Notes under the pieces: model-generated
Told to the model about the DNA's origin: nothing
Databases searched by the model: none
The model's input: the letters and a program-made list of their open reading frames with translations, nothing else
Made by a program: the position numbers and the translations under genes
Source: Schmidtea polychroa
Lineage: Eukaryota
DNA: 64,000 nucleotides
NCBI GenBank assembly: GCA_044892525.1
Contig: CM097887.1
Coordinates: forward strand, 49,166,001 to 49,230,000
Direction: 5' to 3'
In this document: positions 50,025 through 60,257 of the stretch, piece by piece
Layout: the number at the start of each line of letters is the position of its first letter
Numbering within the stretch: the first letter of the stretch is position 1

Positions 50025-50042
50025 TTCTACGTGATTTGCGAA

Positions 50043-53000
50043 CTATTTATTGGGTATTTTCCTTGCAGCTAATCCCATCAAATTATACATCAAATAAGTC
50101 ATTACCACTAGATGATGTTCGTCGTCATTTGCATTTGTCGTGAGCTGTTCAATCACTCTCTTGGTTTCATCCCAATCCGTTTTGGTAGTTTTCGTTTTTT
50201 CTTTGATTAGCTTTGGGATTATCCCCGATACGATGTGCCATAATTGTCTAGCTTCTACACTGGCTACTTTCCGTTGCCACAAGCGTCTAAGTTGTGGGTT
50301 TGTTATTATCAACATATCTTTTATCAATTCTCGTATCCATTTTTCTCCTCTTTCAATCGTTGGTTGGGCTTCCTTTAGTTCTCATACTATTTTGTCTAAC
50401 TTTTCCAATCGAACTTGCCCTTGTCCTTGTTTTACTTGTTCCTTGGTTTTGAACTCAGATTTCTCTCCTTGTTTCTTAGGTCTTCCTTTTGCCCGTTTTT
50501 CCATCATCGTTCCAGCTTCTCTGGTATTTTCGTAGTTCGGATTTCTTTCGTTATCCGTTCTGGGTAATGAGCTATCGTTATTTCTCAGCCACTCATTCCA
50601 TTCATCTATTATTTTATCAGTTTGACCTTCCGATGTTATTTTTGTTGGTTCTCTTTGCTTCTGGAATTGTTCATCCGTTTCGGTTTCCGTAGTATTGTCG
50701 ACGATTTCCTTGATGTTCAGTTTCGTTGGTTGTTGATAACTTGTTGATGGTTGGTTGTTGGTCCATATTTCGGCTCCGGTTGGCCATCTCACTAATAGCG
50801 GTGATCTTTCTCCTGGTTCCTCGTCACTATCTTCGAGGATAATCTCTTCGACTTCTTCAGTTTCATTAGATTTACTTGGTGCTTTGTTCGGACTCGGAGT
50901 ACTCAAACTACCTTTTGTTGGTTTATTGATTTTGCTTTTCCTTTTCAACGGTTTTCCCAACATTTCCGCCATTGTTAACACATTAGTCTCTTCTAGTCTC
51001 ATGGGTGTTATTCCGACGTCTGCATTATCGTCTAGTGATTTTCCTTGCAGTTGTAGATGGAATGGAGTTTCGTATGCTAATTTCTTTTTTAATTCCCTGA
51101 TTTTGGTGGTTGGGTGTACTTCTACTTCTTCAACATTCTTATCTGGGTATTTAATTCGGATTCGATATCTTTCTTGGGTATCTTGTGACCACTCGTGGTT
51201 TCGCCACTTCCCGATAATTTGTTCCAGTTGTTCAGGGTACCATTCGTTGTATTGCCGGTATTCTTCTATAGTTTTTACTATCTCTCTCAGACAATGGATA
51301 TTATCCGATATTTTTAAAATGAAGTTAGCCAATGCTATTACCTGTCGTTTTTGATTTTTCGCTCCCTTTATCAGGATGTCGCCTAATTGTTTATATCTTT
51401 CTCTCTCTTCTCGTTCTCTTGCTTCCGTCGCTTCCTCGCCGTCTATATCGGCATATTCTCGTTCCTTTTTCCGCATTGCATGAATATGTCTCGCCTCATT
51501 TTCGCTTTCTGACGTGACGTCCGTCTCGCTTTCGTCATCTGATGTCTGTCCCCTTGCTTCCTCTTCATATTCTGGAGGTTCCTCTTCTTCTTTCTCCGAT
51601 TCACTTTCTGTCTCACCAATGTCTGTTTCTACGAAGATTCCTTTCCGGATTTCCCATTCCTTATTTTCTATATTCCACACTCTTTCCCATGGGGTTCGTC
51701 TGCAGGATCTGGTACTTAGTTTCGTGATTTTTCCTTGTAGTTCCTTTTCTTTTAACCATTGTTGGTGAATTTCAATTATTTCTGTAGATTTTTGATATAA
51801 CGTTTTCATCCGGTCTCGTATTTCTTTTTGATATGTTACGTCTCTTGTTCGAAATTCATCCATTGGTACTATCCTGATTATTTGGTGATCGTCCCACATA
51901 CCCATTTCACTCAACGAGGTGTCGTCCTCCGCTCGTAATATTATTTTATCGTACATCATGACTACATCATTTACCATACCATCACTACTTTCGCTACGTA
52001 CCTTTTCCGTTATCTCTTGGTTTATCTTTGATACCAAATCATCCACTGTACTCTGATTGCTCATTTTTATTCGTCGTTTCTCTTCGTTCGGTAACCATAT
52101 GGTTATTTCCAACCTCTGCGGCTGGGTTTCTTTTAACCTTCCATATTTGTGAATCAAATTTATGGTTCTCCAATCACTCATTCGGAGCAATTCTGTATCT
52201 CGTAACCGGCTCATTAGTTCGTACATGGCTGGGGCTCGTCTGGTGATGAGTAAATCCCAGTTGTCTTCCACTTGTTCTTGAATTTGTTTGATCAGCTTGT
52301 CCAGGTTTCGTCTCAGAGTACATTTTTTTATTTGTTCTAATTTCAATTTGATATTAAAATCATATTCCGCCTTGGCATCTTTAGCCCAATCGTACAGGTT
52401 AGCTGGTTGTTTTTCTTTGTGCAACTTCAGTATTTGCGTTTCTCCTGGCCATATTAGTGCATCCACTAAGTGCATATCTTGTTTGACTTGCTCTCCTTGA
52501 TATTGGTATAGGTACTCCTTTTTCCTCGAGCTACCTAAGTGTTCCCGTATCCAATCGAAAAGTTCGTCGGTGACTGTGTTTTTAATCCATATTCTCTCAA
52601 GTCCTTTACTCGTTCCGATTTTTATTACATATCGAGTGGTATCGACCTGCTTCATTTTTTCCATATATTTTTTTATAATTGATTTTTCCTCGTTTGGTAT
52701 TAAATCTTTCTCGTTTCTTTCCAATTTCATCACTTTTTGCACGAATCGTCTGAATGGTATTATATCGATGAACTCTTGGTTCCTCACTACTACTGGGAGT
52801 ATTTCAGCTACTTGTCTTATCGCTTCCTCCCTCGCTTTTCTCAACTTTATTTCGATATCCTCGTCTTCACTTTCGCTGGTTATCTCGCTTTCGTCTTCTT
52901 CCTCTTCGATTTCCCCTTTTGGAGGTTCGCTTATTTCATTTAGCTGTAGTATTTCTCCACCCAAACTGCTCACATAGTCTTCGTCTGAGGACGACGTACC

Positions 53001-53888
53001 TTTTGTCCTTTTCATCATGTTGATTCGCAAATTTCTCATCCTAGGTACTCTCTTTAGTTTTCTATTTTCGAATATCGTTGTTTCTTCTGATTCCGATTCT
53101 TGTAGCATTTGGGGGTTTAACTGACTGATTTGCTCCTTGTTTTGGTTGTTTCCCTCTTTTATTCTTATTTCCGTTTCTTCATGTTTCTTTTCTATTTTAT
53201 CTTTTATCTTTTTCCAGAATATTTTCTGAATTCTCTGGTTCCCTTTCAAGATCGTGGTTGAATTCTCTGTTTTCATTTTCGTTGTCGTTTCTTTTAACTT
53301 TTCTGGTTCAGTCATGGGTACTACCCCTGGGTTTTTCCCGTAATTGTAGCAGTACTGGCTTTTCATGTCTTTTACTAATTTCATCATATTTATTCGCAAT
53401 GGTTGTTCTTGTCGTTGTTGGTTGCGTTCTTGTTTTATCCTCTCTTCCTCGGCCTGTAGTCTTTGCCATTCTTGTACATGTTGATGTACTTCATAACTGT
53501 TGAGATTTTCGGTACTCCTCATCATACGTATATTCTGGGTTTGTTGTGGTGCTGGTTCTTGTCTTGGTCTCATCATTTGTTGCATCATCTGTTTCATTTG
53601 GGAAATTTCCTGCATAACGTTCATTTGTTTTCCTTCACTAGGGTTACTTTGTCGTTGCGGATTCGACATGTAATTAGTATTTCGTTGTGGTGGTCGTTGT
53701 GGTTGACCCCTTTCTCGGCAATCTCTGGAGATGTGACCTGGCTGACAACAGTTAAAACAACCTCTCAACTGGCATCTATTTTCCGTATGTCCGCGCCGTC
53801 CGCAACGATTACAATTTGCGTTTCTATAACAATCTCTGTCCCAGTGTCCTGGTCTACCACATGTTCGGCACTGCTTGTTATCGTTCAT
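50043..53888 (-). CDS. Gag C-terminal part: three CCHC knuckles, Q-rich and acidic linkers, three ubiquitin-like domains; in-frame TGA at 50382-50384
   Basis: CRTCGRPGHWDRDC, CNRCGRRGHTENRC and CFNCCQPGHISRDC. The track ORFs starting at 53888, 50327 and 50024 are all in the same frame. Confidence 0.85.
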
Positions 53889-54940
53889 ATTTCGTTATTG
53901 AAATTGTTCTCATTATTCAGGTTGTTACGATTACCATTATTCCCATTTGATCGTCCTTGTGGTGGTTTGAAGATTTGATGCGCTCCTGGTATAAATTGAT
54001 TCATTTTCGGTTCCTGATTGTTGTTATCTCCGTTATCCGCTTTCGCTATTGCTGTCGCTATCCTCCCATCCTCTTGCATAATATTCATTTGAGCTGGAAG
54101 GTGGAGCTCGCATCTTGTAGCCCAGTCTATGGCTTCCTCTAACGTTTTGCACATTTGACAACCTACTGAGGCTCTTACCTCCTCTCGGCGTAATCCCTCT
54201 ATGAAATAGCCGATCAGATTTTCCTCGGGTAATTTCCCATTCATTGCTTTCTTCGCTAATCTTCGTAATTCACTGGCATATAATGTTATCGATTCGTTCG
54301 CTCTTTGTTTCCTATTTGCTAGTTCGCCCAACGCCTGGTTGATTGGCTTACTGGCTCCGAAGGTTTTCTTCAAGAATGTTTTGATATCTTCCCACTTCTC
54401 TAATTTCGTATCTCTCTCTTTAGCTTCTAAATATACTTCTAATGCGCTATCGCACAAAAACAACGGCATCCTTTTGCTAATTGCTTCGGGTGTCCATCCA
54501 CACACAGTGATATAAACTTCAAAATTAGTTATAAACGTTGCTAACTTGTTTGCATTTCCATTGAACGGTTCTCCTCTGAACTTCTCTTTATACTCGTCGG
54601 TTTTTACGACATTCGTCATGATTGGTGTTCTAGATTCGTCTGTTTCTTTTAAATTGTCTAACGATGTGACTAAACTCTGGGCTGATAATTCTTCGGTTGA
54701 CGTTGCTAAACTATTAGTGATGTCGGACAAACTTTCTCTGCTTCGAGATCGACTAGGGGTGTATCCGAGATTTTCTTGGTCAAATATGGGTACTTGATTG
54801 GTTCTTCTTGCTCCTTGTGATATTCCTCTTTGATGTTTAATAGATCGTCCTCTTTTGAGTTGTTGTAGTTCGTCTCCTGAAAATAATACGTCTCCTGGCT
54901 TACTTGAAGATCTAAGATTTGGTTTATCCGTGATTCTTTC
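53885..54940 (-). CDS. gag: Gag capsid domain (no ATG start in this copy)
   Basis: FNGN...FITNFE...W...LFLCDSALEVY...WEDIKTFLKKTF...RKQRANESITLYASELRRLAKKA...FIEGLR...TLEEAI is a retrotransposon capsid pattern. The frame is open from 54940. Confidence 0.85.
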   Translation of the reverse strand, partial: ERITDKPNLRSSSKPGDVLFSGDELQQLKRGRSIKHQRGISQGARRTNQVPIFDQENLGYTPSRSRSRESLSDITNSLATSTEELSAQSLVTSLDNLKETDESRTPIMTNVVKTDEYKEKFRGEPFNGNANKLATFITNFEVYITVCGWTPEAISKRMPLFLCDSALEVYLEAKERDTKLEKWEDIKTFLKKTFGASKPINQALGELANRKQRANESITLYASELRRLAKKAMNGKLPEENLIGYFIEGLRREEVRASVGCQMCKTLEEAIDWATRCELHLPAQMNIMQEDGRIATAIAKADNGDNNNQEPKMNQFIPGAHQIFKPPQGRSNGNNGNRNNLNNENNFNNEI

Positions 54941-55982
54941 CTACGCTTCCTTGTAATTAGCGGCTACCGACTTGGGTGGATTGGTTTCTGGTGAAGTTTC
55001 CTTCGTAAATTATTCGGTATGAGTCTGCTACTGCGATTCTGAGGAGATTTACTAGTCCTTGACAGATGGCTGCTAATACTATGAGGCTGAATATATCGGT
55101 GATTTGTTCGAAGTTGGAGATGTCGCTCTCTGTATCTTCTTCCGTTCTGGAGTCTTCCGGTTGCTGGGTTTCTTGGTGCGGGTTCTGAATGGATTTATTC
55201 TTGGTCGATTGTTGATTTCTTCGAATTTCTTTTGTGCAGGTTCTGGGTTGGCTTGATTGGCTGGCTTGATTTGATATCTAAAATGAAAAAATGATCTCGT
55301 GTTTCATCTGCTTACACGACTTCATCATTCTTTCTGCAACATTCAAACACAGACACCTTTTAGGTTTCTGTTTGTGTTTCCCCCATCTTTTGTGAAATCC
55401 TTTCCGCGGGTTATAATTTCCCATCAGCCCGTATTTTTCGTCGATTTTAAATTATCTATATGCGGTAGTAACAATTATCTATAGAGTCGTAATAATTATC
55501 TATTCGCTATCAATTATAATATAAATAGGTCGTTGTCGGTCTCTACTTATTACCCCCCTTCGTTTTCCTAATCCCTTTGCGCCATGTCGCTATTTTACTT
55601 TTCGTATTTACTATTATTCCACTCGGTTCTACTCTGGAACCAATAAAATATATTTTCCCGCTTCACCCAAAAAAATTATTCCGTAGAGTTTCTCTATTTC
55701 ACTGGGATCCCTTTAATTAGTTAGTTACTTTCCTCTTCTACTCGTTATCATCATTTCACCTATTCTTTATTTTCCATTATCTTTTAATTCATTTCCTTCT
55801 TCCCCTTCCTTTTCCATTATAATCTTATTATCTTTTCCACGAGCTCGTTTATTTCCTCTCTAAACTCAAATTTTCGTAATTACATTCAATTTGTTTCTAG
55901 CTAGCTTTAGTATTCCATTTCACTATTAATCTAAATATTATCTCATTGTAGCTTAACTGCTATCTATCGCTTTTCTAGGCCT

Positions 55983-56278
55983 TTACGACTGGCTGGCACT
56001 ATTCAACAGCTCAATCTTCTTCCTTCTGATCGGTTGGACTATTCGACAACTCGATCTTACGACTGGCTGGCACTATTCAACAGCTCAATCTTCCTCCTTC
56101 TGATCGGTTGGACTATTCAACAACTCGATCTTACGACTGGCTGGCACTATTCAACAGCTCAATCTTCCTCCTTCTGATCGGTTGGACTATTCAACAACTC
56201 GATCTTACGACTGGCTGGCACTATTCAACAGCTCAATCTTCCTCCTTCTGATCGGTTGGACTATTCAACAACTCGATC
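55983..56278. repeat. Four near-identical 74-bp tandem repeats in the 5' leader of the giant element
   Basis: Units start at 55983, 56057, 56131 and 56205. Each is a dimer of ~37-bp half units (ggcactattcaacagctcaatctt / ggactattcaacaactcgatctt). Confidence 0.95.
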
Positions 56279-56433
56279 TTAATATTCCCCACTCTGCATG
56301 CTGCTACTTCTCTTTTCCTCTTTTACCCCGAATTATCATTTTCTCTGTCTCTACTTTTAATTTGTCGACTTGATCTTTACCGCTTGAGAGTGTTTCCCCT
56401 TTCCCCCCTTGCTCAAAACGCACGACGATCGCG

Positions 56434-56616
56434 ATTCTATTGTCCTATTTTAATTGTTCTTATTTTTATATTTTTTGTTTTAATTCTTATTTTCTAATTT
56501 ATTATTTTCCTTATATCCTATTCTATTTTATTCTTAAATTTGTTTTTGTTTTATTTTTATTTTAATTTAATTATATTTCACCTAATTTCTTGGATACCCT
56601 TCGATTCAGCCCAACA
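56434..56616 (-). repeat. Start of the 5' LTR (183-bp block)
   Basis: Identical to 35576-35758. The sequence switches abruptly to unrelated GC-richer DNA at 56433. Confidence 0.85.
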
Positions 56617-57446
56617 ATACTAATATATTTGGGTCAGAATCATGTTTTGCCCAACAATAGCTAAGCTGCAAATTAACATTATCATACCAATTGTTATTAT
56701 AAATATATAAATTATGTCAGTACATTGCATGATTTTTCGCGGGTTAAGTCTAATTATCATATATTTAATAAATATATTATGCTCTCCCCCATTTCTGTAC
56801 TCGAGTTCTAGATTGCTGTGGACTCAATTCCTATTCATATCTCATTTTATAAATATTAAATCATAACAAACTCTTTCATTTTAATTTGGTTTTAAGAAAT
56901 AATGACATTTAATGTCCATCGCAACAATTTGATCATTGTGGGGTAATGACTGTCACGCTATTTCAGTTTGAATGGCTACCATGATGTTGCCGAGTTGCTA
57001 GCCTTATATTCATGAAAGGGATGAAATCTGGATATGGAGCGAAAATTTTAGAAAAATTGTTGTTAGATTATCAGATTCAAATTTGTTATTTTGAGACTGT
57101 TTCCCATCGTTTCAGCCACCTTTAACCACCTTGTTAATTAGATAAGTTGATGTGTTTGATTAATTGTGAATTTAATAATATAAATTTTGTTTTATAATTT
57201 TAGAACAAAAAAACACCGATATCTTTACTGATTCATAGTCACAAATTTCTAATAAATACAATGTCAATTGAAAATAAGCCACAGGTGAAAATTGAAAAAA
57301 GTTCTTATAATATATATAGTGCAAATCCCAATAGTAGGTTTACGGATGTACTTGTAAACAGTTTCTGTGTATGATGGTGTCTCCAGGGGCGAATATGATT
57401 TTTCATACGCCATGTTTACAAGTTTACAAATTTTCTGTGACCAAGC

Positions 57447-59600
57447 TAGGGTTTGGAATCCCGGGATTTGACTTTTTAAGCCTAAAAGGAAAAATACCTT
57501 ACAGTTTCCTTAAAAATTCTTTAAAACAATCGTTTTTGGTTGAACATTTTCAAATTTAAATTTTTTCGGTTGAGATTTGAATTTTGTCATATAGAAAATA
57601 CTTGGAATTTTTTTTGCATTCAAATTCTTAAAATATATAAATTTTAAAAATCGAAATTCTTGGAACTTTTTTTTTCAATATTCAATTTGTAATTATATTC
57701 TTAAAATTTTTTGTTGGCGCTCAGACGTAATTAGTATATAATTGTTTTCACGTGTTATTGTTTTTGATTATTTTAAAGTGTAGATTTAATTAAATTATCA
57801 TTCGCACTATTTGAACAACAAATTTTAAAAATATAATGGCTTCTTACATAGACCATGAAAAGAAAAGTAATTTTGCTGTTTGGAAACATTTTTTACGAGA
57901 AGAAAAAGGACAGACAGCGATGTGTAAGTATACCGACTGCAAAAAAATTCTAAAAATTGGGGGTGGGTCAACGAAAGGTCTCTATACGCATCTACTTTCC
58001 GTCCATAAAATTAACATCACAACAGCTACTACTTCGGCTAACACATCAGATGAACCACCAACAAAAAAATCGAAAACGTTAACCAAGTATTTTCCGATGC
58101 TGGAACGAGAAGAAAAATCACTTCCTGCTACACTTGCAAGGTTAACCGCACTTGATGGGATTTCATTTAACGTTATATGCCGTTCTTCTGATTTACGTGC
58201 AGGTCTTATAGCAACAGGATTCAAAAGTTTACCTACAACAGTCAACACAGTGCGCAAAATAGTTGTAGATTACAGCAAAAAAATTAAGAATTCATTAATT
58301 ACGGAAATAGATGGCAAAAAAACCCACAATTCGGTGTTGGTGAGAGATTTTCCTTATCGTTTGATGAATGGACATCACTCCGTAACCGTCGGTACATGAA
58401 TATTAATTTACATGCTCAAAATTGTCAGTTCTGGAGCTTAGGCTTAATTCGAATAACAGGATCAATGCCTGCAGATAAATATATTGAGCTCCTAGAACAA
58501 AAGCTCGCAGAATATGGACTTGATTTGCGAAAAGATATCGTCGGAATTATGACTGACGGAGCAAGTGTAATGAAAAAGTTGGGAGATTATTACCTGTAAA
58601 TCAACAATTATGTTTTGCCCATGGTGTGCAACTGGCCGTAATTGAAGTACTATATCAAAAGCAAAAATTAGAAACAGATCAGCAATTCGACGAAGACGAA
58701 CAATCAGAAGTAGAACACGATTTTTCGGAGAGTAACGACGATGAAATTTTTTCTGACAACGAAGAATTGGTTGATCTCGATTCTGGTCATAGGCATGGAG
58801 GAAACCAAAGTGATGTTACTGAGATAAATTCCTCTCCAGTGATCAAAAAGGTACGAAAATTGATAGTAATGTTCAGACGATCGCCAACAAAAAACGATAT
58901 CTTGCAGAAATATGTTGCGGCTGAATTTGGGAAGCAAATAACTCTAATAAAAGATTGCAAGACTAGGTGGAACAGCCTTTTGTCAATGCTTGAACGTATC
59001 TATTTATTAAAAAATTGTATTCAAAAGGCATTGATAGACATAAGTCTACCTGAAGGTGAATCATTTGCTTTATCTAATGATGAGCTTAAAATGATATCTT
59101 CTATCATTAGTGCTCTAGTACCAGTAAAAGCAACAGTCGAGGCCCTTTGTCGTCGGGATGCTAGTCTGTTTACAGCCGATGTTGCTATAACTTTTATGTT
59201 AAAAAAACTTAAAGATTCTAACAACGTTATATGTCAAAAATTGCATTCAGCTCTCATTCTTCGCATTCAACAAAGGCGGACAGATATCAGTGGTGTACTT
59301 CAGTATTTACATAATGGTAGGACAAACGTTCAGTCCGAATCTGAAATAGCGCTCGTAACAGTTCCATCTGCCGCAAAATGTCGCAAAATAATAGTTGAGT
59401 TACTCGAAAGATTAGATGCTGCAAATCCAGCTACAGCACTAACAGCTCATGAGTCCGAAGTTGAATCTTCTGTTTCAAATGAGGCACCTATCGAAATTGT
59501 TTCAGATTCTTCTGATTCTCCATCTGAATCTCTTTCCTTTTCTCTTGAACAACCTTTAACTATTGCAGACGAGCTCAATAAAGTGTTGGGCTAGAACTGA
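57447..59600 (+). mobile_element. hAT DNA transposon, frameshifted and 3'-truncated
   Basis: End-like TAGGGTTTGGAATCCCGGGA at 57447. BED finger VWKHF...C...C...H...H, then FSLSFDEWTS, IMTDGAS, LCFAHGVQL (CxxH) and CKTRWNSLL. Two frameshifts (~58345, ~58580); the C-terminal dimerisation domain is missing. Confidence 0.9.
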
Positions 59601-59620
59601 TTTCTAGACCCAAACTTCTA

Positions 59621-60257
59621 ATTATGACCGAAATGTGTAGGTACACAGCAAGTAAAAAAGCACAAAGTATAGTTAAATATTAAAATTACATCAAATAAAC
59701 AATAGTAATTAAAGGAAAAACAACAAAAACCTAAAACACAGAAATTAAATAAAATTATACAAAAGCAAGAAGTGATGCAAAAATAGAACTCAAAAACAAC
59801 CAAATAAACACAGATAAGCATAAAACAGACTCGAACAACTTAAAAGACGATAAAAACCGAAAAAATTCCAGAAAAACCCAGAACATTCCATTAAAATGGC
59901 GATGACAATCACAAAAGCCAGCTAGAACAAAAAAAGTTGGAGAAAATAAATAAATTAGTATTAAAAATAATAAATCTTAAAAAGAAATTCACAAAACATC
60001 AGTTAAAAAAAAATTAAATTAAAAGTACAATAGAATGTTCTGGAACCGTTCCAAATCCATCATGGACGGCAAATTAACGAAAAATAATTAAAAATATAAA
60101 AACAAAAACAAAAATTATGGCACAAAAATTGCCATTAAAAATAGCAAAATCACTAAATAGAAAATTCTGGAATAAAAAGAATTCGAGTTTGTTTTACTGT
60201 ATCAATACATACACGTGTACAAAATAGGTATATATACCGACACGTTTCGGGCATAAT
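59621..60257. mobile_element. A-rich non-autonomous element with ~23-bp imperfect inverted ends, next to the truncated hAT
   Basis: attatgaccgaaatgtgtaggta versus the reverse complement attatgcccgaaacgtgtcggta. 59880-60230 is loosely similar to 24260-24410. Confidence 0.45.

Larger units (their letters stand above)
35576..56616 (-). mobile_element. Giant (>=21 kb) env-bearing Ty3/gypsy-type element with an accessory gene cassette
   Basis: Identical 183-bp direct repeats at 35576-35758 and 56434-56616 that start TGTTGGG on the minus strand. Between them are gag, a glycoprotein, PR-RT-RH-IN in gypsy order, ankyrins and five accessory ORFs, all on the minus strand. The full LTR extent and TSD are unresolved. 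Confidence 0.9.

Noticed and set aside
40850-54797. Numerous plus-strand ORFs antisense to the giant element (Ser/Phe/Leu-rich)
   Set aside because: Expected shadow ORFs opposite A-rich coding sequence; no motifs.
54941-55085. Cluster of TAG/TAA codons in the gag frame that read sensibly as Gln, suggesting a ciliate-type genetic code or CpA hypermutation
   Set aside because: Host genes here end in TAA (PSMC4), and most of these stops are explained by NTA-G/A hydrophobic codons in the overlapping open frame.
55567-55590. Possible LTR end plus PBS (…GCGACA|TGGCGCAAAGGG)
   Set aside because: No convincing tRNA 3'-end match from memory and no matching sequence beside the left LTR block; left unresolved.
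55983-56278. CRISPR-like appearance of the regular repeats
   Set aside because: There are no unique spacers and no cas genes, and the context is eukaryotic; this is a plain tandem array.
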